Source of the DNA: an uncultured Dehalococcoidales bacterium
GTDB taxonomy: Bacteria > Chloroflexota > Dehalococcoidia > Dehalococcoidales > CAZFRL01
Length of the DNA stretch: 64,000 bases
Assembly (NCBI GenBank): GCA_964521325.1
Contig: CAZFRL010000002.1
Coordinates: forward strand, 4,396 to 68,395
Direction of reading: 5' to 3'
Shown: in pieces, positions 46,794 to 56,752 of the stretch
Position numbering within the stretch: position 1 is the first letter of the stretch
Layout of the letters: the number at the start of each line of letters is the position of its first letter
The notes under the pieces: model-generated
Told to the model about the DNA's origin: nothing
Seen by the model: only the letters and a program-made list of their open reading frames with translations
Databases searched by the model: none
Position numbers and translations under genes: made by a program

Positions 46794-49434
46794 GTGGCTA
46801 GGCGGATTTACTGATTCAAACGAGAGAGAGCTAAAGCGGTTGCAGCCGATAGTAGACAGGATAAACGAGCTGGAGCCTGATTTTGAGCGACTCAGTGATG
46901 ATGAGCTTCGGGCTAAGACTGACGAGTTTAGGGCTCGGCTTAAAGCCGGTAGTTCACTGGATGAGCTTCTCCCTGAGGCATTTGCCGTTGTTCGTGAAGC
47001 GGCTAAGCGGACTATAGGTCAGCGCCACTTTGATGTACAGTTGATGGGGGGTATTGTCCTTCACCAGGGTAAAATTGCTGAGATGAAAACCGGTGAGGGC
47101 AAAACCCTGGCGGCTACCCTCTCCCTCTACCTGAACTCACTAACCGGTCAGGGCTGTCACCTGGTTACGGTCAATGACTACCTGGCTAAGCGAGACCCTC
47201 ACTGGATGGGACCTGTCTATCACGCCCTGGGGGTAAGCGTAGCCTGTGTCTATGCTCAGACCCCGGATAACCCAGCCCCCTCCTTTATCTATGACCCTGG
47301 CTTTGAGTCTGAAGATAAGCGGTGGAGCTCTCTCCGCCCCATCTCCCGCCGCCAAGCCTATGAAGCTGATATTACCTATGGCACCAATAATGAGTTCGGC
47401 TTTGACTATCTGAGGGACAATATGGTTATAGACCTATCCCGGTGTGTGCAGCGTTCATTAAACTACGCCATCGTCGATGAGGTAGATAACCTCCTTATTG
47501 ATGAGGCACGCACTCCGCTCATTATCAGTGCTCCTGATGTAGAGGCAGCGCAGAGATATCAAACATTTGCCAAGCTTGTCCCTAACCTCCATCGGGAAGC
47601 GGATTATACAGTAGATGAAAAACGACGCACGGTAAGTTTGACCGATGGTGGCATTGCCAATATGGAAAGGATGCTGAAGAGGGAGGGTGTGTTAAAGTCA
47701 GCCAATCTCTATGACCCGGCAAATTACGCCCTCACCCGATACCTGGAGAGTGCCCTTAAAGCCAATGTGCTGTATAGGAAAGACCGCGACTATGTGGTCA
47801 AGGATGGGCAGGTTATTATTGTTGATGAGTTTACCGGGCGGCTGATGTTTGGTCGCCGCTATTCGGAGGGGCTGCATCAGGCAATAGAAGCCAAGGAGCG
47901 TGTCAAGGTTCAACGGGAGAGCATCACCTATGCCACCATTACCTTTCAGAACTACTTTCGAATGTATGACAAACTGGCTGGGATGACAGGCACTGCCCTC
48001 ACCGAGGCTGAGGAGTTTCACAAGATATATAAACTTGAGGTGATGGTTATTCCTACCAATAAGCCGATGATTCGTGAGGATTTTACCGACCAGATTTACA
48101 AGGATGAGGAGGCTAAATTCAAGGCGGTGGTGCGCGAGATTGAGCAACTTCATAAACAGGGACGCCCGGTGCTAATCGGCACCGTGTCTATCGAGAAGTC
48201 GGAATACCTGAGCGACCTGTTAAAGAGGAAAGGTGTCCCATATGAGGTGCTTAATGCCAAGTATCATGAGAAGGAGGCTGGTATCATCGCCCAGGCAGGG
48301 CAGCCGGGGGCGGTAACGGTTGCCACCAATATGGCCGGGCGCGGCGTTGATATTGTGCTCGGTGGAAAAGAACCTTCTAATGGAGATGAAAAGGAGTGGC
48401 AGGAATGGCAGGAGAAGCACAATCAGATTGTTGGACTTGGTGGGTTTCATGTTATCGGCACCGAGCGCCATGAAGCCAGGCGAATTGATAACCAGCTCAG
48501 GGGCAGGTCTGGACGGCAGGGTGACCCGGGAAGCTCCAGATTTTATGTGTCTTTAGCCGATGATGTTGTCCGCCACTTTGGTGGCGACCGAATCAAGGGC
48601 TTTATGGAGTGGGCTGGCATGGATGAAGATACCCCTATTGAGAATAAGCTGATTAACCGCTCTATTGAAAACGCCCAGGTTAAAGTGGAGGGCTACCACT
48701 TTGATATACGTAAGCACCTGGTAGATTACGACGATGTGGTGAACAAGCACCGTGAGATTATCTACGAGGAGCGAAGGAAGATATTAAGCGGTGCTGACCT
48801 TAAGGCAAACATCCTGTCAATGATTCAGGAAGAAATACAAGGTATGGTGGCAGCTCATCTTGCCGATGAGCGTGGTTATGACTGGGACCTGGACGGCTTA
48901 ATTGCTGATGTTTCCACCGTCTTCCCCTTACCGCCACAAATCAACCCTGATGCCCTTTCCCAGATGAAACCGAAGCAGATAGAGGAAAAGCTTATTGAGC
49001 TGACACAAGCCCTATATGAACAACGGGAGAAGGAGCTGAGCTCAGACAATATGAGGGTGCTGGAGAGGCTGGTAATGCTGCGCACCATAGACAACCTGTG
49101 GGTAGAGCACCTGACAATGATGGAGAATATGCGCCAGGGAATAGGGCTTCAAGCTGTGGCTCAGCGAGACCCACTGGTAGCCTATAAGCGGGAGGGGCAA
49201 AATATGTTCCAGAACCTCCTGTCCACCATTCAGCATGATGTGGTTCACACCATATATCATGTCAATATTGTCAAGAAAGAAGCGGCTCCAAAACCTCCGA
49301 TGACAGCTCAGATTGCCGGGCATAGAGATGAAAAGGTTAGTAAGCGGCAGAAGGTTAGTGGTAAAAAAGTTGGACGCAATGACCCCTGCCCCTGCGGCAG
49401 TGGCAAGAAATATAAACACTGCTGTGGAAGGTGA
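46786..49434 (+). CDS. secA: preprotein translocase ATPase SecA
   Basis: MKTGEGKTL (Walker A), [18 protein letters not shown], and the C-terminal zinc motif [14 protein letters not shown]. Confidence 0.97.
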   Translation: MFKWLGGFTDSNERELKRLQPIVDRINELEPDFERLSDDELRAKTDEFRARLKAGSSLDELLPEAFAVVREAAKRTIGQRHFDVQLMGGIVLHQGKIAEMKTGEGKTLAATLSLYLNSLTGQGCHLVTVNDYLAKRDPHWMGPVYHALGVSVACVYAQTPDNPAPSFIYDPGFESEDKRWSSLRPISRRQAYEADITYGTNNEFGFDYLRDNMVIDLSRCVQRSLNYAIVDEVDNLLIDEARTPLIISAPDVEAAQRYQTFAKLVPNLHREADYTVDEKRRTVSLTDGGIANMERMLKREGVLKSANLYDPANYALTRYLESALKANVLYRKDRDYVVKDGQVIIVDEFTGRLMFGRRYSEGLHQAIEAKERVKVQRESITYATITFQNYFRMYDKLAGMTGTALTEAEEFHKIYKLEVMVIPTNKPMIREDFTDQIYKDEEAKFKAVVREIEQLHKQGRPVLIGTVSIEKSEYLSDLLKRKGVPYEVLNAKYHEKEAGIIAQAGQPGAVTVATNMAGRGVDIVLGGKEPSNGDEKEWQEWQEKHNQIVGLGGFHVIGTERHEARRIDNQLRGRSGRQGDPGSSRFYVSLADDVVRHFGGDRIKGFMEWAGMDEDTPIENKLINRSIENAQVKVEGYHFDIRKHLVDYDDVVNKHREIIYEERRKILSGADLKANILSMIQEEIQGMVAAHLADERGYDWDLDGLIADVSTVFPLPPQINPDALSQMKPKQIEEKLIELTQALYEQREKELSSDNMRVLERLVMLRTIDNLWVEHLTMMENMRQGIGLQAVAQRDPLVAYKREGQNMFQNLLSTIQHDVVHTIYHVNIVKKEAAPKPPMTAQIAGHRDEKVSKRQKVSGKKVGRNDPCPCGSGKKYKHCCGR

Positions 49435-49448
49435 GAGGCGAAATTTAA

Positions 49449-50264
49449 ATGCAACTGAAAACAAGCACAGCAATGAACAATAAATTGTATTTCCAAGCGG
49501 AGGAAATAGCCATCTGCAATGATGATATTTTGACTACCAACATGGTAGAAAATGGCAGTATTGACCTAATTGTTACTTCACCCCCATATAATGTAAACAT
49601 TAAATACAATTCACATTATGATGAGATGCTCTATAAGGATTACTTGAATTTTGCAAGAGAGTGGTTAAGTAAATGCTATGAGTTGATAAAAGATGATGGT
49701 AGATTTTGCTTGAATATACCATTGGATAAGAACAAAGGCGGGCAACAAAGTGTTTGTGCCGATTTAACAACAATTGCTAAACAAACTGGCTGGAAATATC
49801 ATTCTACAATAATTTGGAATGAGCAAAACATTTCACGGCGAACTGCTTGGGGTTCGTGGCTTAGTGCTTCTGCACCCTACGTTATTGCCCCAGTTGAGGT
49901 GATAATCATTCTTTATAAGAAGCAATGGAAGAAGGAAAGTGGAAGTAGAATATCGGATATTAATAAAGCTGAGTTCCAAGGATGGACAAATGGTGTGTGG
50001 AATTTTAGTGGTGAAAGTAAAAGAAAAGTTGGACACCCTGCTCCCTTTCCCGTTGAATTGCCAAAAAGGTGCATAAAATTATTTAGCTTCGTTGGGGATA
50101 CCGTACTCGACCCATTTCTTGGAAGTGGAAGCACCTTAGTTGCTTGTTTACAGACAGGACGAAAGGGGATAGGCATCGAAATCGACCAAGGTTATTGTGA
50201 GATTGCCAAACGAAGAGTAATAAAAGAGGGGAAGATATATCAATCTAGGTTAGGAAATATGTAG
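49449..50264 (+). CDS. type II DNA methyltransferase, beta-class (motif IV SPPY before motif I)
   Basis: DLIVTSPPYN, then HPAPFPVELP, then DPFLGSGST. Sampled line is 28% GC against 58% in secA. Confidence 0.88.
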   Translation: MQLKTSTAMNNKLYFQAEEIAICNDDILTTNMVENGSIDLIVTSPPYNVNIKYNSHYDEMLYKDYLNFAREWLSKCYELIKDDGRFCLNIPLDKNKGGQQSVCADLTTIAKQTGWKYHSTIIWNEQNISRRTAWGSWLSASAPYVIAPVEVIIILYKKQWKKESGSRISDINKAEFQGWTNGVWNFSGESKRKVGHPAPFPVELPKRCIKLFSFVGDTVLDPFLGSGSTLVACLQTGRKGIGIEIDQGYCEIAKRRVIKEGKIYQSRLGNM

Positions 50265-50272
50265 GAGATGTC

Positions 50273-50860
50273 ATGCCTGAGAAATCTATAAGCAAGTTAG
50301 TCCTAGAATATTTTGAGATGCACCAAAACGAAGACTTGAAACATGGACCAGTCGTTGACTGGGTTGAGAAAGAATACATTAGGTTAGGTGGGACAAAACC
50401 TAGAGACCCTTGGAGAGCCATACGAAAGTTACATCAGGAAGGCAAATTAATAAAGATTAGCAAAGGAATATATAGATATGACCCAAGTCGTGTTCAAGAA
50501 AGGGAATTACCCGACTTTCCGCGTGAAATAAAAGAGGAGATATTTAGAAAAGATAATTATCAATGTGTGGTCTGTGGTAGAGGCAGAAAAGACGGGGTTG
50601 AAATATGTGCTGACCATATAAAACCTAAGGACTTGGGTGGAAGTAATACAGCCGACAATGGGCAAACTTTGTGTGCTGAACATAACCTGCTAAAAAAGAA
50701 TTACTCTCAGACAGAGGCAGGTAAGAGATATTTCATCAAGACTTATGAAAATGCTGTAGCTATTGGTGATGATAGAATGATTAAATTCTGTAGAGAAGTC
50801 TTTGATGTTTATGATAAACATGGCATAAATGGACACATACCAAGACCAAATGGAAGATAG
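50273..50860 (+). CDS. HNH endonuclease (probable restriction enzyme partner of the methyltransferase)
   Basis: CVVCGRGRKDG..ICADHIKPKDLGG.N...NGQTLCAEHN (CxxC...H...N...CxxH-N), preceded by a wHTH-like N-terminus. Sampled line is 33% GC. Confidence 0.8.
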   Translation: MPEKSISKLVLEYFEMHQNEDLKHGPVVDWVEKEYIRLGGTKPRDPWRAIRKLHQEGKLIKISKGIYRYDPSRVQERELPDFPREIKEEIFRKDNYQCVVCGRGRKDGVEICADHIKPKDLGGSNTADNGQTLCAEHNLLKKNYSQTEAGKRYFIKTYENAVAIGDDRMIKFCREVFDVYDKHGINGHIPRPNGR

Positions 50861-50949
50861 TATTTGAGTAAATCTACGGAGGCAAAACATGCTTGACCGA
50901 GCAGTAGTTGAGGAGTTTTTGGATTGGGTAAGAGGGAAAATTAAAGGCG

Positions 50950-52671
50950 GTGAACAATAAGGAGATTGCCAAGGTATTTGCTGATATTGCCGACCTCCTG
51001 GAGCTTAAGCAGGAGAACCCGTTTAAGATAAGGGCTTACCAGAAGGCGGTTCGCTCCCTTGAGCACCTGCCAGTGGAGGTGGAGCAACTGGTGGCTGAGG
51101 ACAGGTTAAGGGAAGTCCCCGGGGTGGGGGAGGCTATTACCAAGAAGATTACTGAACTGGTAACCACCGGCAAGCTTGACTATTACGAGAAGCTCAAGGC
51201 TGAGTTCCCCCAGGGGATTAGCGCTCTGCTTGATGTGCCCGGCGTTGGACCCAAGACGGCTATGCTGCTTTCCCACGAACTAGACATAAAGTCAGCGGAT
51301 GAGCTGGAGGCAGCTATTGTTGGTGGTGGAGTAGCCAGGTTATATCGTATGGGGAATAAGACGGCAGAGAATATCCTGCATCAGATTCAGGCAATGAGAC
51401 GAAAAGACCAGCGTATTCCAATCGGTGAGGCATTACCAATAGTGGATGAAATTTCATCTGGACTCAGTCAGCTGCCCGGACTGAAAAATCTGGCTCCGGC
51501 AGGGAGCCTGCGCCGTTTCCGGGAAACGGTGGGTGATATTGACCTTATGGGGACGGCTGATAATGCTACGGAAGCAATTCAGACCTTTGTCGGCTTGCCT
51601 CTGGTCAGAGAGGTCTTAGCCAGTGGCACGACTAAGGCGAGCGTGGTTGTTTCTGGCGGGCTTCAGGTTGACTTCAGGGTAGTGGAGCATGACTCTTTTG
51701 GCTCTACACTCCAGTATTTCACCGGCAGTAAGCAGCACAATATTAACCTCAGGGAGCGGGCACACCGGAAGGGACTAAAATTAAGCGAGTATGGTATCAC
51801 CAACCTAGCGACTGAAGAACTGGAGAAGTTTACCACCGAGGAGGCTTTCTATCAGCGGCAGGGGCTGGAGTTCATACCGCCCGAGTTACGAGAGGGTCAG
51901 CAGGAGGTAGAGAGGGCAGAGCAAGGCATCATACCCAGGCTGGTTGGGCTGTCCGATATAAAGGGTGACCTTCATGTTCACACTAACTGGAGTGATGGGC
52001 GTGATACCATCGAGGCAATGGTTCTGGCTGCCAGAGAGCTTGGCTACCAGTACCTGGGAATAGCTGACCATTCGAGTGGGCGCGGCATTGCCCACGGGCT
52101 GGATACGGAGCGACTGAGACAACAAATGCTGGAGATTAAGGAGCTTAACCGCAGAATTAGTGGTATTCATATCTTCTGCGGGATGGAGGTAGATATTCGT
52201 GCCGATGGCAACCTGGATATGCCCGACGAACTTCTGGCAGAACTGGACATTGTCACAGTTGCGGTGCATTCCAGCTTTAATCAGAGCCAGGGGCAAATGA
52301 CACAGCGGATAACAGGGGCTATGGAAAATCCTAACGTAGATGTGCTGGCTCATCCTACATGTCGTCTGCTACCGGGTAGAGAGCCGGTGGCGGTAGATAT
52401 GGAGGCTATCTTTCAGGCTGCGGCCAGAACTAATACTGCGCTGGAAATCAACGCTATGCCCAGTCGGCTGGACCTTAAAGATATTCATGCCTATCGAGCG
52501 AGAGAGCTAGGAGTAAAGCTGGTAATTAATACCGATGCCCACTCAACTGAGCACCTAGAATTTATGCGCTTCGGAGTGGGGGTAGCCAGGCGGGGCTGGT
52601 GCCAAGCGCAGGATATAACGAATACCAGACCGTTCGACGAGATAATGACCTATTTGCATCACTCAGTCTAG
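50950..52671 (+). CDS. polX: DNA polymerase/3'-5' exonuclease PolX (Pol-beta-like domain plus PHP domain)
   Basis: MNNKEIAKVFADIADLLELK..NPFKIRAYQKA HhH N-terminus, GSLRR..ETVGDIDL nucleotidyltransferase motif, and DLHVHTNWSDG PHP motif. GTG start. Confidence 0.93.
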   Translation: MNNKEIAKVFADIADLLELKQENPFKIRAYQKAVRSLEHLPVEVEQLVAEDRLREVPGVGEAITKKITELVTTGKLDYYEKLKAEFPQGISALLDVPGVGPKTAMLLSHELDIKSADELEAAIVGGGVARLYRMGNKTAENILHQIQAMRRKDQRIPIGEALPIVDEISSGLSQLPGLKNLAPAGSLRRFRETVGDIDLMGTADNATEAIQTFVGLPLVREVLASGTTKASVVVSGGLQVDFRVVEHDSFGSTLQYFTGSKQHNINLRERAHRKGLKLSEYGITNLATEELEKFTTEEAFYQRQGLEFIPPELREGQQEVERAEQGIIPRLVGLSDIKGDLHVHTNWSDGRDTIEAMVLAARELGYQYLGIADHSSGRGIAHGLDTERLRQQMLEIKELNRRISGIHIFCGMEVDIRADGNLDMPDELLAELDIVTVAVHSSFNQSQGQMTQRITGAMENPNVDVLAHPTCRLLPGREPVAVDMEAIFQAAARTNTALEINAMPSRLDLKDIHAYRARELGVKLVINTDAHSTEHLEFMRFGVGVARRGWCQAQDITNTRPFDEIMTYLHHSV

Positions 52672-52701
52672 GTGATAGCTATTTGATATTATGGAGGTGC
52701 T

Positions 52702-53403
52702 GTGGGAGACGATAGTTCCCTGAAAAAGAATAGTGTTGCCTTGTTTGACTTTGACGGCACATTGCTTGATGGGCATATTTGGGAGGCTGTAATGAGATAT
52801 AGTGCCAGGCATCGTTATAAATTTCCCTCAGCATTGAGCTATATGGTCAAGCATATTCCCTCATACTTGCTGAATAAATGTAGACTGGTTAGTGACGAAG
52901 CGGTTTTTACCCACTGGGGGGGGGACTTGGCTTTTATCGTGGGGGGTCTTAAAAGTGAGGAGGCTTCCAGTCTTTTTAGATGGCTGGCTGAGGACCAGGT
53001 GCTTAACCGGTTGCGCCCTGACATGATTGAAATCTTGCACCATCATCAGAGCCAAGGGCGGACTGTAGTGCTGCTATCAGGCGCATTCCACGAGCTGCTG
53101 GAGGTAGTGGGACAGAGGTTGGGGATACTCCATGCGGTGGGAACAAGGCTAGAGATGCTGGACGGGCAATATACCGGGGCAATTATTAGTCCTGTCTGCT
53201 TTGGTATTAACAAAGTTAGTTTGTTTAAGGAGTATATTAACTCTATTCGGTTGGAAATAGACTTCAACAGCAGTTTTGCTTATGCTGATAGTATAGTTGA
53301 TACCCCGATGCTGGAGATGGTAGGTAATCCGGTGGCAGTGTACCCTGACAGGAAGTTACGCCGTCTTGCTTTGCAACGGGGGTGGCAGCTAATTGAGAAG
53401 TAG
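52702..53403 (+). CDS. HAD-IB family hydrolase
   Basis: FDFDGTL motif I, SGAF motif II context, AYADSIVDTPML motif IV. GTG start behind GGAGGTG. Confidence 0.82.
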   Translation: MGDDSSLKKNSVALFDFDGTLLDGHIWEAVMRYSARHRYKFPSALSYMVKHIPSYLLNKCRLVSDEAVFTHWGGDLAFIVGGLKSEEASSLFRWLAEDQVLNRLRPDMIEILHHHQSQGRTVVLLSGAFHELLEVVGQRLGILHAVGTRLEMLDGQYTGAIISPVCFGINKVSLFKEYINSIRLEIDFNSSFAYADSIVDTPMLEMVGNPVAVYPDRKLRRLALQRGWQLIEK

Positions 53404-53425
53404 CAGGTAACTACAGGGGTCTAGG

Positions 53426-54187
53426 ATGTCAGATATGAATAACCAGTTACAATCTTCTCAGTCCACTCCAACAGAAGATAATGAGGCAATAAGTCATTTA
53501 AAGCAGACTATTGCTGGTGGTAAGCACTGGTATATTGCTCTGCTTGAGGCTATTGGGTTATGGAATAAGGCTGAGGAAGCTCATAACGGGTGTATTTACC
53601 ACTATCTTATTGCTGGCGAAGCCTTTGACTGGCAGCTTCTGGCTGAGCGCCTGTGTGAGGTAGTAGATGGTCTACTGCCTGATGATGAGAAGACAGCCTT
53701 CCTTTTCTACGGCAAGCCACCGCTTAACCTGACCAGGAATAAATTCAAGGAGCTTATTGGCGATAGCAAGTATCACCAATATCTCAATTACTTTTATGGT
53801 ATCACTGTAGAAGAGGCTTTAATTCTGGCAGTGCAAGAGGAGGTACGCAAGGAGAGGCGGGCTTTGGGCTACAATAATGAGCATCATACCGATAACGAGG
53901 TTTACCAGCGAATATATGGGGTGACTAAAGCAGCGCTGCTTAAGCGCTTTAGGAAGGAAAAAGGCTATCCTCAGGCCAGGTCTATCAACCTTGCCGAACT
54001 AAAGGAGTTTACCTACTGGCTGTTTAAGTATCGACTAAGACAGTGTGACAAGTCAAAGGTTGCCAGTGATACCAAGAAAGCGCTGGAGTGGTTGAATAAC
54101 AACAACGGTCTTTCTAAAGGGCAGGTCACGGCTCAAGTTGCCCCCAAAAACCACCTCACCACTTTTCCTGAGCCAACCTTGCCGTAA
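53426..54187 (+). CDS. hypothetical protein (253 aa)
   Basis: Long ORF co-directional with polX and the HAD gene. No family recognised. Its last 32 nt overlap the convergent FNT gene. Confidence 0.5.
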   Translation: MSDMNNQLQSSQSTPTEDNEAISHLKQTIAGGKHWYIALLEAIGLWNKAEEAHNGCIYHYLIAGEAFDWQLLAERLCEVVDGLLPDDEKTAFLFYGKPPLNLTRNKFKELIGDSKYHQYLNYFYGITVEEALILAVQEEVRKERRALGYNNEHHTDNEVYQRIYGVTKAALLKRFRKEKGYPQARSINLAELKEFTYWLFKYRLRQCDKSKVASDTKKALEWLNNNNGLSKGQVTAQVAPKNHLTTFPEPTLP

Positions 54188-55514
54188 GCCAGGTTCGCAG
54201 TGGTTCATCTAAAACACCAAGTCTAGACTCTATCCACCGAATGTCGCCACTTAAAAGGGCTGCCTTCTCCTCAGAAGTTAGGTCATAGCCTTTAAACACC
54301 TGGTCAGGGTTCTCAGCTAATCTTGATAAGAAATTGCTATCATCCCTGGCTTTACTTAATAGAGATAATAGGGCTTTGCTTCCTGTATCGAGAGCAGCCG
54401 GGTTCTGAAGCTTGGCTTGAATTATTTCATCTAGCTGTTGGCGAACCAGCTCCTCTAGCTGTGTCCGACGAAAGCCAAGGAAAAGTCCTCTTGCCCAGGG
54501 TCTTGCCATAGCTGCTTCAATAGCCCGTTCACGGCGCAAATAAGTCAGCCAATAGACAGCACCGACAAATATACCACCGCCAATAATATTACCTATAGTC
54601 ACTGGAAGCAGATTACCAAAGAGCCCTGCCCAAGTAAGGTTGGCTACACCGCCAGCCGTCACCCCAGCCGCTTCAAGGACAGCCGGTTGGCCGGCTAATA
54701 ATACTCCCATGGGGATAAAGTACATATTGGCAACACTGTGCTCAAAGCCAGCAGCAACAAAGGCAGTGATAGGGAAGATAATGGCCAGTATTTTACCACT
54801 GGTAGTACGAGCGCTGAAGCATAACCAGACAGAAAGGCAGACCAGAAGGTTACACAAGATACCCCGAGTCAGGGCTGAACCAAAGGTTAGGTTTACCTTA
54901 CTATTAGCAATAAGTAGAGCATTAGCTCCCACCCCATAACCACTAAATGCCCACTGGTACGTAGCAAACATCAATCCGACTAATATTAAAGAGCCAGCAA
55001 AGTTAGCGAAATAAACTATTCCCCAGTTTCGGAGCAAACGAACCAGGCTGGTTCGACCGCTCATCCAGCTCATCACAATCAAGGAATTCCCGGTGAAAAG
55101 CTCGGCTCCAGCCACAACCACCAGAATTAGTCCTAGACAGAAGACCAGTCCGCCTAACAGCTTAGTGAGCCCAAAGCCCAGACCTGTGCCCGTAGTAACT
55201 ACGGTATAAAACATTGCCCCTAGACCGATAAAGGCTCCAGCTAAAATGCCCAATAGTACCGTGCTTAAGGTATTGAGATTTCCCTTGGTTACCCCTACCG
55301 CTTCTGCCTTCCGTGCTACTTCAGGCGGCGGGTGGTCGTCAGTAGTGATTGCCTTTCCTATTCTGTCGGCTACCGCCTCTAATCGAGTCGCCGTCTCAAC
55401 CGCCTCCTGGCGAACTATTGACGCCTGCTCAAGTAAATTAAGCTTGGTTTTGCGGCCTCTACCATCCCCGTTAGAGACTACTGGCTCATCCTCCTTTTTT
55501 CTCCTGTATGCCAT
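54156..55514 (-). CDS. formate/nitrite transporter family channel with an N-terminal extension and a C-terminal LigA/Nif11-like helical domain
   Basis: FNT core (LLGILAGAFIGLGAMF ... FEHSVANMYF ... GNIIGGG). Start taken at ATG 55514 behind GGAGG; the track TTG is at 55532. The C-terminal ~80 aa are paralogous to ORF 55562..55846. Confidence 0.85.
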   Translation of the reverse strand: MAYRRKKEDEPVVSNGDGRGRKTKLNLLEQASIVRQEAVETATRLEAVADRIGKAITTDDHPPPEVARKAEAVGVTKGNLNTLSTVLLGILAGAFIGLGAMFYTVVTTGTGLGFGLTKLLGGLVFCLGLILVVVAGAELFTGNSLIVMSWMSGRTSLVRLLRNWGIVYFANFAGSLILVGLMFATYQWAFSGYGVGANALLIANSKVNLTFGSALTRGILCNLLVCLSVWLCFSARTTSGKILAIIFPITAFVAAGFEHSVANMYFIPMGVLLAGQPAVLEAAGVTAGGVANLTWAGLFGNLLPVTIGNIIGGGIFVGAVYWLTYLRRERAIEAAMARPWARGLFLGFRRTQLEELVRQQLDEIIQAKLQNPAALDTGSKALLSLLSKARDDSNFLSRLAENPDQVFKGYDLTSEEKAALLSGDIRWIESRLGVLDEPLRTWLTARLAQEKW

Positions 55515-55561
55515 TTCAATCCTCCACAGCAAGAAGGTTTAATTAGTATAAGTGGCTATAT

Positions 55562-55846
55562 TCACCACTTTTCCTGGCCCAGCCGGCACCACAGCCAGGT
55601 TGCATGCCGCTGGTCCAGCTTACCAAGCCAGCTTTCAATCTTCTTTATGTCACCGCTGACCAGTGCTGCTACTTCCTCTTGAGTTAAGGTGAAGTACTCA
55701 CTGAGTGCCTCGCCGGGGTTATCAGCAAGCCGGGCTAGGAACTCACTATCGTCAGCGGCTCTAGCCAGCACTGCCAGGATTGACTCTCTCCCCTCTGGTT
55801 TTCCCACAGGGGTGACAAGCTTTGCCTTTTCAATCGTCTCTTGCAT
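55562..55846 (-). CDS. small LigA/Nif11-like helical protein (94 aa), paralogue of the FNT C-terminal domain
   Basis: DDSEFLARLADNPGEALSEYFTLTQEEVAALVSGDIKKIESWLG...RLGQEKW against DDSNFLSRLAENPDQVFKGYDLTSEEKAALLSGDIRWIESRLG...RLAQEKW in the FNT gene. AAGGAGGAGG RBS. Confidence 0.7.
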   Translation of the reverse strand: MQETIEKAKLVTPVGKPEGRESILAVLARAADDSEFLARLADNPGEALSEYFTLTQEEVAALVSGDIKKIESWLGKLDQRHATWLWCRLGQEKW

Positions 55847-56002
55847 CGCTATCGTACCTCCTCCTTCACATTCCAGTTACATATTACTACCTGGCAGGCA
55901 ATACTACACCGTTCTAATGCCCTACTTTTATGTACCAAAGGTCTATATTAAGATATGCCCCAAAGCTCTATATCCTAAGGGCTAAGGAAAAGTTGAGATT
56001 CT

Positions 56003-56032
56003 TTACCAAATACCCTAGAATTGATTTGGTAA
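56003..56032. promoter_or_regulatory. 9-bp perfect inverted repeat, candidate operator upstream of the response-regulator gene
   Basis: TTACCAAAT (56003-56011), 12 nt, ATTTGGTAA (56024-56032), ending 33 nt before the RR start. Confidence 0.35.
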
Positions 56033-56065
56033 CGGCTACCCCTTAATAAATAATAAAGAAGGAAA

Positions 56066-56752
56066 GTGATGGCAAAGATCAGGATTCTAATCGCTGATGA
56101 CCATGCTGTATTACGAGAAGGAATGCGAAACCTGCTAGAACGGGAGAAGGATTTAGAGGTAGTCGGAGAAGCCAGCGATGGTGAAGAGGCGGTTAGGTTA
56201 GGAACCGAGCTAAAGCCAGATGTGGTATTAATGGATATAGTTATGCCCAAACTTAGCGGTACCGAGGCTACCAAGTTAATCAAGCAAGCAAGTCCCACTA
56301 CCTCCGTGATTACACTAACTGCCTATAGCGATATCCACTACATCCTTGGACTTCTGGAGGCTGGAGCCTGTAGCTACCTGCTAAAAAGCGCACGCAGCAG
56401 TGAGATTGTAGGAGCAATTCGCGCTGTGCAATCCGGTGAATCTGTACTCGACCCGGTGGTAACCCATAAGCTTTTGGAGCGAGTAGTAAGTCAAGCCAAG
56501 GAAAGCAGTGAAGGTGAAGCAAGGGAGAAACTTAGCCAGCGGCAGGTTGAGATACTGAGATTAGCCGCCAGAGGGATGAGCAACAAGGATATTGCCCAAG
56601 CGCTCTTTCTTAGTGTGCGCACAGTAAAAGCCCACTTGACTAATATCTTTAACAAAATGGGGGTTGGCAGCCGCACCGATGCCATAATCAAAGGATTAAG
56701 GGAAGGCTACATCGCCCTTGATGACATCCCCTTAGAGAAAGCTGATAAATGA
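56066..56752 (+). CDS. NarL/FixJ (LuxR-type) response regulator
   Basis: REC domain (ILIADDH...VVLMDIVMP...TAYSD), a long linker, and a LuxR HTH (LSQRQVEILRLAARGMSNKDIAQALFLSVRTVKAHL). Confidence 0.92.
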   Translation: MMAKIRILIADDHAVLREGMRNLLEREKDLEVVGEASDGEEAVRLGTELKPDVVLMDIVMPKLSGTEATKLIKQASPTTSVITLTAYSDIHYILGLLEAGACSYLLKSARSSEIVGAIRAVQSGESVLDPVVTHKLLERVVSQAKESSEGEAREKLSQRQVEILRLAARGMSNKDIAQALFLSVRTVKAHLTNIFNKMGVGSRTDAIIKGLREGYIALDDIPLEKADK

